From positions 33,396 to 97,395 of the forward strand of contig CAWDQC010000030.1 in assembly GCA_963804355.1 (NCBI GenBank): DNA of 64,000 bases, given 5' to 3'. The notes below the pieces were generated by a model. The model saw nothing but the letters and a program-made list of their open reading frames with translations, had not been told where the DNA came from and made no database searches. A program made the translations under genes and the position numbers. Source of the stretch: an uncultured Pseudomonadota bacterium (GTDB lineage: Bacteria; Desulfobacterota; Binatia; Binatales; Binataceae). Below, one piece after another: positions 32,633 through 43,071 of this stretch. The first letter of the stretch is position 1; every line of letters begins with the position of its first letter.

Positions 32633-33505
32633 ATGTTCAACGGTGCGTTCTCGGCGATTATCACGCCTTTTCGCGATGGGGCGGTGGACGAGGCCGCGCT
32701 GCGCGAACTGGTCGAATGGCAGATTCAGTCGGGAGTCGACGGCCTGGTGGCCTGCGGCTCGACCGGAGAATCCGCCACGCTCACCCATTCCGAGCACGAC
32801 CAGGTGGTCAAACTGGTGGTCGATTATGCGCGCCGCCGGGTGCCAGTGATTGCAGGTACCGGATCGAATTCGACCGCTGAAGCGATACGACTGACCGCGT
32901 TTGCGCGCGAGGTTCGTGCCGATGGGGCGCTGCTGATCTCGCCCTACTACAACAAGCCCACGCAGGAAGGCATCCTCAAACACTACAAGATGATCGCGGC
33001 GAATGTCGATTTGCCGCTCATCGTCTACAATATTCCGGGTCGAACCGCGTCGAATATCCTGCCTGAGACCTTCGCGAAAATGTGCGACATCAAGCAAATC
33101 GTCGGCATCAAGGAAGCGTCGGGATCGATGGATCAGATTTCGGACATCCTGCGGCTTTGCGGGGATCGCTTGACGATACTTTCGGGCGACGATTCGACGA
33201 CGCTGCCGTTCATGGCGATCGGCGCCAAGGGCGTGATTGCGACGATTACCAACGTGATGCCGCGCGAGATGCATGAACTCGCCGCCGCGGCGCTCAAGGG
33301 TGACTTCACACGCGCTCGCCAGATTCATTTCGCGATGCTGCCGCTGATGCGGGCGCTATTCCTCGAGACCAATCCAATTCCGGTCAAACAGGCCTGTGCC
33401 TTTATGGGCAAATGCGCCAACGAGCTACGGATGCCGCTGATACAGATGTCACCGGAACCGGCGGAAAGGCTGCGCGGCGTGATGAAGGAGATGCGGCTCA
33501 TCTGA
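32633..33505 (+). CDS. dapA: 4-hydroxy-tetrahydrodipicolinate synthase
   Basis: GSTGESATLT, GTGSNST, YNIPGRT and GIKEASG (Schiff-base Lys). Confidence 0.9.
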   Translation: MFNGAFSAIITPFRDGAVDEAALRELVEWQIQSGVDGLVACGSTGESATLTHSEHDQVVKLVVDYARRRVPVIAGTGSNSTAEAIRLTAFAREVRADGALLISPYYNKPTQEGILKHYKMIAANVDLPLIVYNIPGRTASNILPETFAKMCDIKQIVGIKEASGSMDQISDILRLCGDRLTILSGDDSTTLPFMAIGAKGVIATITNVMPREMHELAAAALKGDFTRARQIHFAMLPLMRALFLETNPIPVKQACAFMGKCANELRMPLIQMSPEPAERLRGVMKEMRLI

Positions 33506-33529
33506 GCAGGACCGCGACGATTACGGATT

Positions 33530-34264
33530 ATGAATGAGATCGATTTCAGCGGCCGCAACGTGCTGGTCGTCGGCGGATCGAGCGGTATCGGCAACGGTAT
33601 CGCCCGCACCTTTCGCGACCATGGGGCGGCGGTTTACGTCTGTGGAACCCGGCCTTCCGCGCAAGATTACGCCGACGAGGATTCGGACTTCACGGGCCTT
33701 ACGTATTTCCACTGGGATGTCAGCAACGAAGACGCGGTCAATGAGCTGAAGCCGCCCTTCGATCGACTCGACGTCCTGGTGTTGTCTCAAGGCGCGGTCA
33801 TCTATTCGCAGGGCGAGTTCCAGATGGCGGGTTTTCGCCGTGTCGTCGACGTGAATCTGGTGAGCGTTATGAGTTGCTGCGTCAAGTTTCACGAGATGTT
33901 GGTGGCGAGCAAAGGATCGATAATCATTGTCGGATCGTCGGCCTGCTTTCGTTCGACCAAGGGAAATCCCGCCTACAGCGCCAGCAAGGGCGGTGTTCTG
34001 GCGTTGACGCGAACACTGGCCGAAGCCTGGGCGCGCGATGGTATCCGCGTGAACGGCGTCGCTCCGGGTCTGGTGGCGACAAAGATGACCAAGGTCACCT
34101 GGAATCATCCCCGTCGATACCAGGAATCGGTGGACGAGATCCCGCTCCGCCGATGGGGCACGCCCGAAGACATGGGTGGCATCGCGCTTTTTCTCGCCTC
34201 ACCGCTGGCCGGCTACATAACGGGCGAAATGATCCTGGCCGACGGCGGTCAAGGCCTCGCGTAG
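33530..34264 (+). CDS. SDR family oxidoreductase
   Basis: VVGGSSGIGNGIA cofactor motif and catalytic YSASK. Confidence 0.8.
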   Translation: MNEIDFSGRNVLVVGGSSGIGNGIARTFRDHGAAVYVCGTRPSAQDYADEDSDFTGLTYFHWDVSNEDAVNELKPPFDRLDVLVLSQGAVIYSQGEFQMAGFRRVVDVNLVSVMSCCVKFHEMLVASKGSIIIVGSSACFRSTKGNPAYSASKGGVLALTRTLAEAWARDGIRVNGVAPGLVATKMTKVTWNHPRRYQESVDEIPLRRWGTPEDMGGIALFLASPLAGYITGEMILADGGQGLA

Positions 34265-34321
34265 GTGCGCCGCGGGGCGATCCGGAATTCGAGTTTAGGG
34301 CGCACCGAGGAGTAATTCGCA

Positions 34322-35575
34322 GTGAGCGATGCAAGCATCGAAGTGGTTGACGAGAAGAACCGGTGGCGGCTCGACACCCCTGGTCACCAGGGTTGGGGGC
34401 GTACTGCGCGCGCCGATGATCCCGACAAATACCTGATGATCTCGTCGGACTGTCACGTTAACGAGCCGAGCAAATTGTGGTGGGAGCGGATCGACGCGAA
34501 GTTTCGCGACCGCCTGCCCCATATCGAGATCGACGACAAGGGTCACAAGTGGATGGTCGTCGAGGGCTACCAGAAGTCGCGGGTGCGAACGCGCAATATC
34601 CAGGATGCTCCCAAGGGCGGTGAGGATAGGCTGCGCGGCAACGCCGGGCGCGACCCGCTCGATCGGATTCGCGACCATGCCCGTGACGGAATCGACGCGG
34701 AGATCGTTTTTCCCAACAAAGGCCTCGCGATGTTCGCGACGCAGGACGCCGAATTCGGTAACGCGCAATGTCGCGTCTGGAACGATTGGGCCTGGGAAGT
34801 CTACGGGCCGCATAACGATTTCATGTCGCCGATGGCCTCGATTATGACCGCCGACGTTCAACTGGCGATCGCGGAAATCAAGCGCGTGGTGAAGCTGGGC
34901 TTCCGCGGAATAACCCTGCCGTGCAAGCCGGTGTGGGGAGCGCATGACGCGCGCCATCCCAACTATAACCTGTCGATCTACGACCCGATGTGGGCGGTAA
35001 TCCAGGATTGCGATGTGCCGATGACGTTTCACGTCTCGACCGGGCGTGATCCTCGCGCCGCGCGCAAGGACGGCGGCGCGATTATCAACTATGTTTCGCA
35101 TTCGCTGTCGCCGACGATCGAGCCGATCTCGAATATTTGCGCATCCGGCGTCCTGGAGCGTTTCCCGAAAATCCGTTTCGCGGCGATCGAGTGCGGTATC
35201 GGATGGGTGCCTTGGGCGCTCAACGCGATGGACGAGGCGTATCGCAAGCACCATCTGTGGGTGACGCCGAAGCTGAAAAAGCTTCCCAGCGAGTATTTTC
35301 GCAGCAACGGCGCGGCCACCTTCCAGGAGGACCCGCCCGGCCTCGAGCTCGCGGTGAAATTTAACCTGGTCGACAACTTCATGTGGGCGAACGACTATCC
35401 GCATGCCGAGGGCACCTGGCCGCATTCGGCGGAAGCCATCGAGCGTGAGATGGGACATCTGAATGACGAACAGCGCGAGAAGATCCTGGGTCTGAACGCC
35501 GCCAGGATGTTCAAGTTTGACGTCGAAAAGCTGATCGCCCGGCGTCAACTGACGAATCGCGCGGCGGTCAATTGA
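34322..35575 (+). CDS. amidohydrolase-2 family protein (ACMSD/decarboxylase-hydratase superfamily), copy A, intact
   Basis: 417 aa. Metal-site-like SSDCHVNEP near the N-terminus and WANDYPHAEGTWPHS near the C-terminus. Family call only; substrate unknown. Confidence 0.7.
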   Translation: MSDASIEVVDEKNRWRLDTPGHQGWGRTARADDPDKYLMISSDCHVNEPSKLWWERIDAKFRDRLPHIEIDDKGHKWMVVEGYQKSRVRTRNIQDAPKGGEDRLRGNAGRDPLDRIRDHARDGIDAEIVFPNKGLAMFATQDAEFGNAQCRVWNDWAWEVYGPHNDFMSPMASIMTADVQLAIAEIKRVVKLGFRGITLPCKPVWGAHDARHPNYNLSIYDPMWAVIQDCDVPMTFHVSTGRDPRAARKDGGAIINYVSHSLSPTIEPISNICASGVLERFPKIRFAAIECGIGWVPWALNAMDEAYRKHHLWVTPKLKKLPSEYFRSNGAATFQEDPPGLELAVKFNLVDNFMWANDYPHAEGTWPHSAEAIEREMGHLNDEQREKILGLNAARMFKFDVEKLIARRQLTNRAAVN

Positions 35576-35672
35576 TCTTCGCTGGACAAAAGTCCGAGGC
35601 GGCAATACCCTTAAACCCTAACTATCAAGCTGGATCCTACGATTGGCGATCCGCTTATGACGGAGGAAACCG

Positions 35673-36957
35673 ATGATCGAGGAAACCAACCTTCAGATTG
35701 ACGAGCCAAACCGCTGGCGCCTGGATACGCCCGGAGCCAGTGGATGGAAGCGAACTGCGCGACCCGACGATCCACATAGGTACGTGATGGTCTCGGCCGA
35801 TTGCCATTTCAACGAACCCAGCGGCCTGTGGCAGAAGATGCCCGAAGAGTATCGCAAGCGTCTGCCGCAGATCGAAGTCGACGAAAACGGCGTCAAATGG
35901 ATGGCTTCCGAAGGGCTGCAGCGGTCGCGCCGCCCGACTGCCCTGCAAGGTGAAGACGATCTGCGCAACAAGTCCGGCTACATCATGGTCGATCGGCAGA
36001 AGGATCACGCGCGCGATGGCATCGACGCCGAGATCATATTCCCCAACAAGGGATCTGTCGATGTGGGCGACGCGGACGCCGAATTCGGCGCCGCGCAGTG
36101 CCGCGTATGGAACGACTGGGCGTGGGAGACCTACGGACCGTACAACGATTTCATGTCGCCGATGGCCGCGATCATGACCGCGGATGTCGAGCTCGCGATG
36201 CCGAGATCGAGCGGGTCGCCAAGCTGGGCTATCGCGGACTCACCCTGCCATGCAAGCCGATTTCGGGACTCACGACGCGCGCCATCCGAACTACAACCTG
36301 CACGATGTACGATCCGATGTGGGCGGCGATTCAGGATCACGACCTGCCGATCACGTTCCACATCTCGACCGGACGCGACCCTCGCGCGGCGCGCAAGGAC
36401 GGCGGCGCGATCATCAACTATGTCTCGCATTCGCTCTCGCCGACGATAGAGCCGATCGCGAACATGTGCGCCTCCGGCGTGTTCGAGCGCTTCCCGAAGA
36501 TTCAGTTTCGCCGCAATCGAATGCGGCATCGGCTGGGTGCCGTGGGCGCTCGAGGCGATGGACGAGGCCTACCGCAAGCATCACATGTGGGCGTTTCCGA
36601 AGCTGCCGAAGCTGCCGAGCGAATACTATCGCGAGCAACGGCGCGGCCACCTTTCAGGAAGATCGCGTCGGACTCGAGCTCGCGGTCAAGTACAACCTGG
36701 TAGAGAATTTCATGTGGGCCAACGACTATCCGCATCATGAAGGGTCGTGGCCGCATTCGGCGGAATCGATCGAGCGGCAGATGGGCCAGTCTGACCGATG
36801 ATCAGCGAGCGAAAATCCTCGGACTCAACGCCGCAGCGATGTTCAAGTTCGACGTCGACAAACTGATGTCGCCGCGACAGCGCCGTCAACTGGCGCTCCT
36901 ATCAACTCAAAAGAGCCGGTCCGAGGGTCCGCGCGAAAGCGGAAAGGGCCGGATTAG
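35673..36957 (+). pseudogene. amidohydrolase-2 paralog, copy B, broken by about six frameshifts as sequenced
   Basis: It can be tiled against copy A across four reading-frame segments: MIEETNLQIDEPNRWRLDTPG...ADVELAM / AEIERVAKLGYRGLTLPCKP / THDARHPNYNL / MYDPMWAAIQDHDLPITFHISTGRDPRAARKDGGAIINYVSHSL... / ECGIGWVPWALEAMDEAYRKHH / SNGAATFQED...WANDYPHHEGSWPHS / LTDDQRAKILGLNAAAMFKFD. The 3' end is uncertain. Confidence 0.7.
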
Positions 36958-36987
36958 CCCTCGTACACGGGGCCGGCCCTCTTTTAT
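36945..36987 (+). terminator. terminator-like hairpin between the convergent amidohydrolase and ADH genes
   Basis: Stem AGGGCCGG/CCGGCCCT (36945-36952 / 36973-36980) followed by CTTTTATT. Confidence 0.4.
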
Positions 36988-37017
36988 TCGTTATCGCGCT
37001 GTCGAATTAAGTCGAAA

Positions 37018-38097
37018 TCAGACCGTGCGCGCGACCTCGCCTTTTTTCATCGCGCGAAGGCTTCGTTAACGTCCTCGATTTTGCCCCGCTTGCTGATCAT
37101 GTCGTCGAGGTTGAGCCGCCCCTGCAGGTAGAAATCGATGTAGCGCGGCATGTCGATGCGGAAGCGATTGCCGCCCATCATGGTGCCCTGGATTTTCCGC
37201 TCGGTAAGGAATTTGGGCCCGTCGAGCGCGACCTTCTGCCCGACCGGAATCATCCCGATAATCGTCGCCATTCCGCCCGGCTTGATACAGTCGAAGCATT
37301 GCTCGGCGAGCTTCGCCACGCCCACCGCTTCGAATGAGTAATCGACGCCCGCCGCCGTCGGTCATCGTGTTGATCGCTTCGACCGCGTCGCGTGCGGAGG
37401 CGTCGACGGTGTGGGTCGCGCCAAAGCGCTTTCGCCATCGCGAGCTTGTTCTCGAATTGATCGACCGCGATGATCTGGCGCGCTCCCGCCAGCTTGGCTC
37501 CCTGGATCGCCGAGATACCGACGCCGCCGCAGCCAAAGACCGCCACTGTGGAGCCCGGCTCGATCTTCGCGGTGTTGAGCACCGCGCCGACTCCGGTGGT
37601 GACTCCGCATCCGATCAGAGCCGCGCGATCGAGTGGAATCTCCTTGGTGATTTTCACCAGCGCGTTCTCGTGCACGAGCATCTTCTCGGCGTAGGTCGAA
37701 AGGTCCGAGAACTGCCGCACCATCTTGCCCCCCTGCGAAAGCCGCGGCGTGTCGCCCTTTGGCCGCTGCGTCGCGCGGCGATTCGAGCAGCGATCGAGAT
37801 TGCCGGTCATGCACTCCTCGCAGAACCCGCAAAAGACGGAAGGACACGAGATCACGTGATCGCCCGGCTGTAGATACGTAACTGCTTTGCCGACCTTCTC
37901 CACCACGCCGGCCGCCTCGTGACCGAGGATCGCAGGCGCGGGAAATGGGATAGCAGCCGTCCACGAAATGCAGGTCGCTGTGGCAAACTCCGCGTCGCGG
38001 CAGTGCGGAGCAGAACTTCGTGGTCGCGCGGATCGTCAATATCGACCTGCTCGATCGTAAGTGGCTGGTTGGGTCCGTGAAAAATAGCGGCTTTCAT
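37018..38097 (-). pseudogene. Zn-dependent alcohol dehydrogenase (MDR family), copy 1, about five frameshifts as sequenced
   Basis: MKAAIFHGPNQPLTIEQVDIDDP... / GVCHSDLHFVDG / ...VEKVGKAVTYLQPGDHV...GCGGVGISAIQGAKLAGA / FGATHTVDA... / GVAKLAEQCFDCIKPGG...NEAFA / MKKGEVARTV*. One shift sits at the T6 run 37042-37047. Confidence 0.75.
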
Positions 38098-38161
38098 GAT
38101 GTCTCTGCTCCTTAAGTTTCAATTTCCTTCTTAGCGTAATGTGCGGGCGCACCAATCACTT

Positions 38162-39320
38162 TCAAAGTCCACACCTCGCCGCCGCCCTAGTTTCGAACAT
38201 CAGCACCGTGCGTGCGACCTCGCCCGTTTTTCATCGAGGCGAACGCATCGTTAACATCTTCGAGCTTGCCGCGCCGGCTGATCATGTCGTCGAGGTTAAG
38301 GCGGCCTTGCAGGTAGAAATCGATGTAGCGCGGCATGTCGATGCGGAAGCGGTTGCGACCCCATGTTGCTGCCTTGCATCTTGCGCTCGGTGAGCAACTT
38401 GGCGCCGTCGATTTCGACCTTCTGTCCGACCGGAATCATGCCGATGATGGTCGCGGTGCCGCCCGGCTTGATGCACTCGAAGCACTGCTCGGCGAGCTTT
38501 TTCACGCCTACCGCTTCGAAGGCGTAATCAACGCCGCCCGCGCCACCGAGATCGACCACCGCTCGTCGCAACGGCGACTGGTTAGTTCGGATCGCTTCGA
38601 CAGCGTCCGAATGCGAGGCATCGACGGTATGCGTCGCTCCGAAGGTTTCGCCCATCGCGAGCTTGTTCTCGAATTGATCGATCGCGATGATCTGGCGCGC
38701 GCCGGCGATTCGCGCCCCCTGAATGGCGGACAGGCCGACGCCGCCGCAGCCGAAGACCGCCACCGTGGAGCCCGGTTCGATCCGCGCAGTATTGAGCACA
38801 GCGCCAACTCCGGTCGTCACGCCGCATCCGATCAGAGCGGCGCGATCGAGCGGTATTTCCTTGGTGATTTTCACCAGCGCGTTTTCGTGCACCAGCATGT
38901 TTTCGGCGTAGGTCGAGAGGTCGGCGAACTGGCGAATCGTCTTGCCCTTTTGCGACAGCCGCGGCTTGTCGCCCTTGGGCCGCTGCACCGCGGCCTTCGA
39001 TTGGTGCAGCGGTTCGGATGCCCCGACATGCAGTCCGCGCAATAGCCGCAAAAGACCGAGAGGCAGCAGATTACGTGGTCGCCCGGCTTGACGTAGGTGA
39101 CCTCGCTGCCGACCTGATCGACGATTCCAGCGGCCTCGTGTCCGAGCACGGCGGGCGCCGGAAAAGGATACAAGCCATCGACGAAATGCAGATCGCTGTG
39201 GCAGACCCCGCTCGCGACGGTGCGGACCAGGACCTCGCGCTCGCGCGGCTTGTCGACCTCGACGTCTTCAATCGAAAGGGGCTGGTTCGGCCCGTGAAAT
39301 ACTGCGGCTTTCATCGGCAT
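38162..39320 (-). pseudogene. Zn-dependent alcohol dehydrogenase (MDR family), copy 2, two to three frameshifts as sequenced
   Basis: MPMKAAVFHGPNQPLSIEDVEVDKP...GVCHSDLHFVDG...GHEAAGIVDQVG / RPKGDKPRLSQ...GCGGVGLSAIQGARIAGA... / RFRIDMPRYIDFYLQGRLNLDDMI...NDAFASMKNG. The 3' end is either 38187 or 38162, depending on a suspected final indel. Confidence 0.7.
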
Positions 39321-39477
39321 CGCTCCTTTTGCGGCGAAATATTATGTCTCCCGCGCTCTCACGGAGGCGCAGCGGCCTGCCAGCGGAGGTGGCGCACCCA
39401 ATGCCCGCCGTAGACGAGCGGGCACGTTGACGCTGGTAGACCACGCCGCGCGCCGCGATGTCAAGGAACGCCGAAAG

Positions 39478-40622
39478 CTAGTTATGCGCGAACTTGTTCT
39501 CGCAGTTGTTGCCGAAGGTGAACGAATAGAGCGAGACGCCGGGCTCGGTTGCATAGAGTCCAAGTGAATGATCGCCAAACTGCGGGTTCTCGGCGACGTA
39601 GTACATCCGCTTGCCGCCCAGGTTGATGTAGGTCCGTCCTTGCGGGTCGGCCTTTACGTCAACTCCCCACGCATCCTTGGGCAACGGCTTTCCGTCTTGC
39701 GTAACGAACAGTTGCTTGGGCGAGCCGTCGTCGGACCCCGCCACGAGGTAAACCGCCTTCGCCTGGTAATGCAGATCCACCGAGTCCGTGAGGCCCTTGG
39801 ACGGCTGCGTGTGTCGGACCGATTCCGCATTGGCCATCCATGCGCCGTCGAGTGCGAAGCTGTCGATCGGCAACGACGTCGGGGCAACGTACGTCACCTC
39901 TTTGGATGAATCCTCGCCGCCCGGATTCGCGTTGTTCGCTCCTCGCGCGAAGCCCAGGTAAGTCTCGGGCGTCGGCCTTCGGCAAACCGATCCGTACATA
40001 TCCGCATTGGCGTCACTGGGGATCGCGTACTTTGCGGCGGCGAAGTTCAGTTCGGGGTTTGCCTCCTTCAGGAGTTTGCGAATTTCCAATTCGAAGTCGC
40101 CATAGTCGCCTTCTCCGAAATGGATGCAGGCAACGTTGCCGTTCTTGTCAATCAGATAGTCCGCGGGCCACGCGCTGTTCTGGAATGCGTTCCAGATCTG
40201 GTAATCGCTGTCGACCGCGATCGGGAAGGTAAAACCGAAGCGCTTTACCGCGTTGGCGACGTTCTTCGGATTTTTGGCAAATTCAAATTCCGGCGTATGC
40301 ACCCCGATTACCACCAGGCCGTCGGGCCCGTAGAGCTGGTTCCATCGGCGCAGATACGGGAAGGTGCGGATGCAGTTGATGCAGGTGTATTCCCAGAAAT
40401 CGACCAGCACCACTTTGCCGCGTAACTCCTTTATCGTCAGCGGCTTGGAATTGATCCATACGTTCGTTGCGAAGTTCGGTGCCGGGGTACGCGGCGCTAT
40501 CTCATCGGCGAATGCGCAGGGGCGGCCGCTAAGCCCAGCGCGAGGGCAATCAGGAGAATCGTATTGAATAGCTTGAGAAATCTGGAAGATCCGGTGATGG
40601 AAACGACGTTCGGTCGATGCAT
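39478..40622 (-). CDS. exported thioredoxin-fold redoxin with DipZ-like C-terminal domain, one frameshift near 40511
   Basis: My reading from ATG 40622 gives a signal peptide, MHRPNVVSITGSSRFLKLFNTILLIALALGLAAAPAH. After a 1-nt shift it continues DEIAPRTPAPNFATNVWINSKPLTIKELRGKVVLVDFWEYTCINCIRTFPYL (CxxC). Confidence 0.7.
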
Positions 40623-40667
40623 GATCAATTGAAGTCTGTGCAAATTAGCCATGTCAACCCGACGACC

Positions 40668-40696
40668 TTGACTGTAGGCAGGGTGGTACTTATCTT
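40668..40696 (+). promoter_or_regulatory. candidate sigma70-type promoter for trxA
   Basis: TTGACT (40668-40673), 17 nt spacer, TATCTT (40691-40696). RBS GAGGAG lies 8 nt before the ATG. Confidence 0.4.
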
Positions 40697-40735
40697 GACC
40701 TGTAGGCGACTAGCTCGCCGGCGAGGAGCGATTTC

Positions 40736-41067
40736 ATGGCTACTGAGAATGTAACACACGTGACCGATGCGACCTTCGACCAGGAGGTTTTGAAGTCTTC
40801 CACGCCCGTTTTGATCGATTTTTGGGCTCCCTGGTGCGGACCCTGCCGCGCGATCGGGCCGATTGTTGAAGAACTTGCGGGAACCTACGCGGGTCGTTTG
40901 AAGGTCGTCAAAATGAACGTTGACGACAACCCCGAGACGCCTTCCCGTTATGGAGTGCGTGGAATTCCGAACCTGCTGATCGTCAAGGGCGGTCAGGTCA
41001 AGGAGCAAATCGTCGGCGCCGTTCCAAAGGGCGCTTCGTGCGCGCAATGGACAACGCGCTGGCTTAA
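40736..41067 (+). CDS. trxA: thioredoxin, one frameshift near 41035
   Basis: [13 protein letters not shown] active site. The C-terminus as sequenced ([11 protein letters not shown]...) becomes [12 protein letters not shown] if one T is added at the TT run 41035-41036. Confidence 0.9.
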
Positions 41068-41096
41068 TCTCCGAAGGCAGAACCTCCGTCAAAAAT

Positions 41097-41130
41097 ACAC
41101 CTCCGTCTAATTAGACGGGGGTGTTATTTT
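41097..41130. terminator. bidirectional terminator-like hairpin between trxA and cvpA
   Basis: 13-bp stem ACACCTCCGTCTA/TAGACGGGGGTGT (one G-U pair), flanked by AAAAAT upstream and TATTTTAT downstream. It overlaps the last codons of cvpA. Confidence 0.6.
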
Positions 41131-41673
41131 ATGCGCGTTCTCGGCCCACAAATGGTACAGCTGTTCGCGCTTCTCGTAATAGAGATCTTTGACCTGCGGC
41201 GGGACCAGCCCCAGCATTCTTTCATTGTAGGCTAAAACCCGCGGCGCGAGCTGCGAATTACTGACTAACGACGAATTCGCCGGCAAGATCGCGGTCAACA
41301 ATAGAACGTCGAGGCCCGCGAATATTGCCGCCAGCGCGAGTCCGACAAATCCGCCCGCGATCCGATCGATCAGGTTCAAATTGATTATATGGGCGAGTTC
41401 GATAATTCGTCCGCCCGCGTAGCCGATCGCCACGAAGACCACCAAGAAAACGATCACGTATCCGATCGCCTGACTGGTCGCCGGCCGCGTCGCGAAGTTC
41501 CGTTCCACCACGGCGCCAACCTGCCCGTACCAGATCGAAGCGGCACAAACTCCGCATACGAACGCCACGATCGGAGTGACCATCCGCAGTGCGCCGCGTG
41601 TGAGTCCGTGGAGTACTCCGATAGCCAATATCAGCAGGATGGCATAATCGAGGACGTTGAGATTCGCCGCCAT
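41107..41673 (-). CDS. cvpA: CvpA family membrane protein
   Basis: [32 protein letters not shown]..., with four predicted TM segments typical of CvpA. Confidence 0.7.
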   Translation of the reverse strand: MAANLNVLDYAILLILAIGVLHGLTRGALRMVTPIVAFVCGVCAASIWYGQVGAVVERNFATRPATSQAIGYVIVFLVVFVAIGYAGGRIIELAHIINLNLIDRIAGGFVGLALAAIFAGLDVLLLTAILPANSSLVSNSQLAPRVLAYNERMLGLVPPQVKDLYYEKREQLYHLWAENAHKITPPSN

Positions 41674-41773
41674 GAAGCGCCTATCTTAGCGCGCGCGAGG
41701 CGGGTACGCATCCGGCCATTTCATATCGGAGGGTCGTGGCGAAAAGAGCGCGTTCCGCTTAAACTGGCGCGAT

Positions 41774-43071
41774 ATGGCGAGGGCTTATATCGAAGAACTG
41801 GGCGGTCACGTCGGCGAGGAAGTCACTCTCACGGGCTGGCTTTACAATCGTCGTTCCAGTGGCAAGGTCCATTTTCTCCTGATTCGCGACGGCACCGGAG
41901 TTTGCCAGTGCGTCGCCTCACTCTCTGATCTGGAGCCGAAGCCTTCGCCGCCGCGGATCACCTCGGCCAGGAAACCTCGCTGGAGGTGACCGGTACGGTA
42001 CGCGAGGACAAACGCGCGCCCGGTGGTCGCGAGCTCATCGCACGAAGCTTCAAGGTCGTTGCCGCCGCTGTCGATTATCCCATCACGCCCAAGGACCACG
42101 GCGTCGCGTTCCTGCTTGATCTGCGTCATCTGTGGATTCGCTCATCGCGCCAGCATGCGATTTTGCGCGTGCGCAGCGAGGTCGAGGCCGCCTGCCGCGA
42201 TTTTTTCCACGAGCGCGGCTTCGTGTTGTTCGATTCTCCAATTCTCACGCCGACCTCGTGCGAGGGTACGACCAATCTCTTCGAAATTGATTATTTCGGT
42301 GAGCGCAAAGCGTATTTGACGCAGAGCGGTCAGCTCTATGCTGAGGCCGGCGCGCTGGCCTTCGGCAAGGTCTACTGTTTCGGACCTACTTTCCGCGCCG
42401 AAAAATCGAAGACCCGACGCCATCTAACGGAGTTTTGGATGGTCGAACCGGAGGTCGCCTACTTCAACCTCGACGACGATATGCAACTCGCCGAAGACTT
42501 CGTCTCCTACATCTTGACCCGTGTGATCGAACGCCGGCGCGAGGATCTGAAAATCCTCGAGCGCGACGTTGCCAAGCTCGAAAAGGCCGCCACGAAGCCC
42601 TATCCGCGACTTACCTACGACGACGCGATCGAACGTCTCAAGGCCAAGGGATTCGCCGTCAACTGGGGCGACGATTTCGGCGGTGACGAGGAGACCGCGC
42701 TGTCCGCGGACTTCGAGACGCCGGTACTCGTTCATCGTTATCCCACCGCCTGCAAGGCCTTCTACATGAAGCGTGATCCGGATCGCCTCGAAGTAGCATT
42801 ATGCGTCGATATGCTCGCGCCAGAAGGTTACGGCGAAATAATTGGCGGCGGCCAGCGCGAGGACGACTACGAAACCCTCAAGGCGCGCATCCTCGATCAC
42901 AATCTGCCGCTCGAGCCCTTCAGTTGGTACCTCGATCTCCGGCGTTATGGATCGGTTCCGCACGCCGGCTTCGGTATGGGTATCGAACGGATGGTCGCGT
43001 GGGCCTGCGGAATCCATCACATTCGCGAGGCGGTTCCGTTCCCTCGGATGATGGAGCGGCTCGAACCTTAA
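41774..43071 (+). CDS. asnS: asparagine--tRNA ligase (class IIb), one frameshift near 41932
   Basis: N-terminal OB fold ([26 protein letters not shown]) / [22 protein letters not shown]... Motif 2 is [25 protein letters not shown] and motif 3 is GFGMGIERM. An archaeal-type AspRS cannot be fully excluded by eye. Confidence 0.75.

Noticed and set aside
38774-38783. The tRNA T-arm-like string GGTTCGATCC
   Set aside because: It lies inside the ADH copy 2 coding frame (...GSTVAVFG... region), with no acceptor or anticodon stems around it. I found no tRNA-like cloverleaf anywhere in the window by eye.
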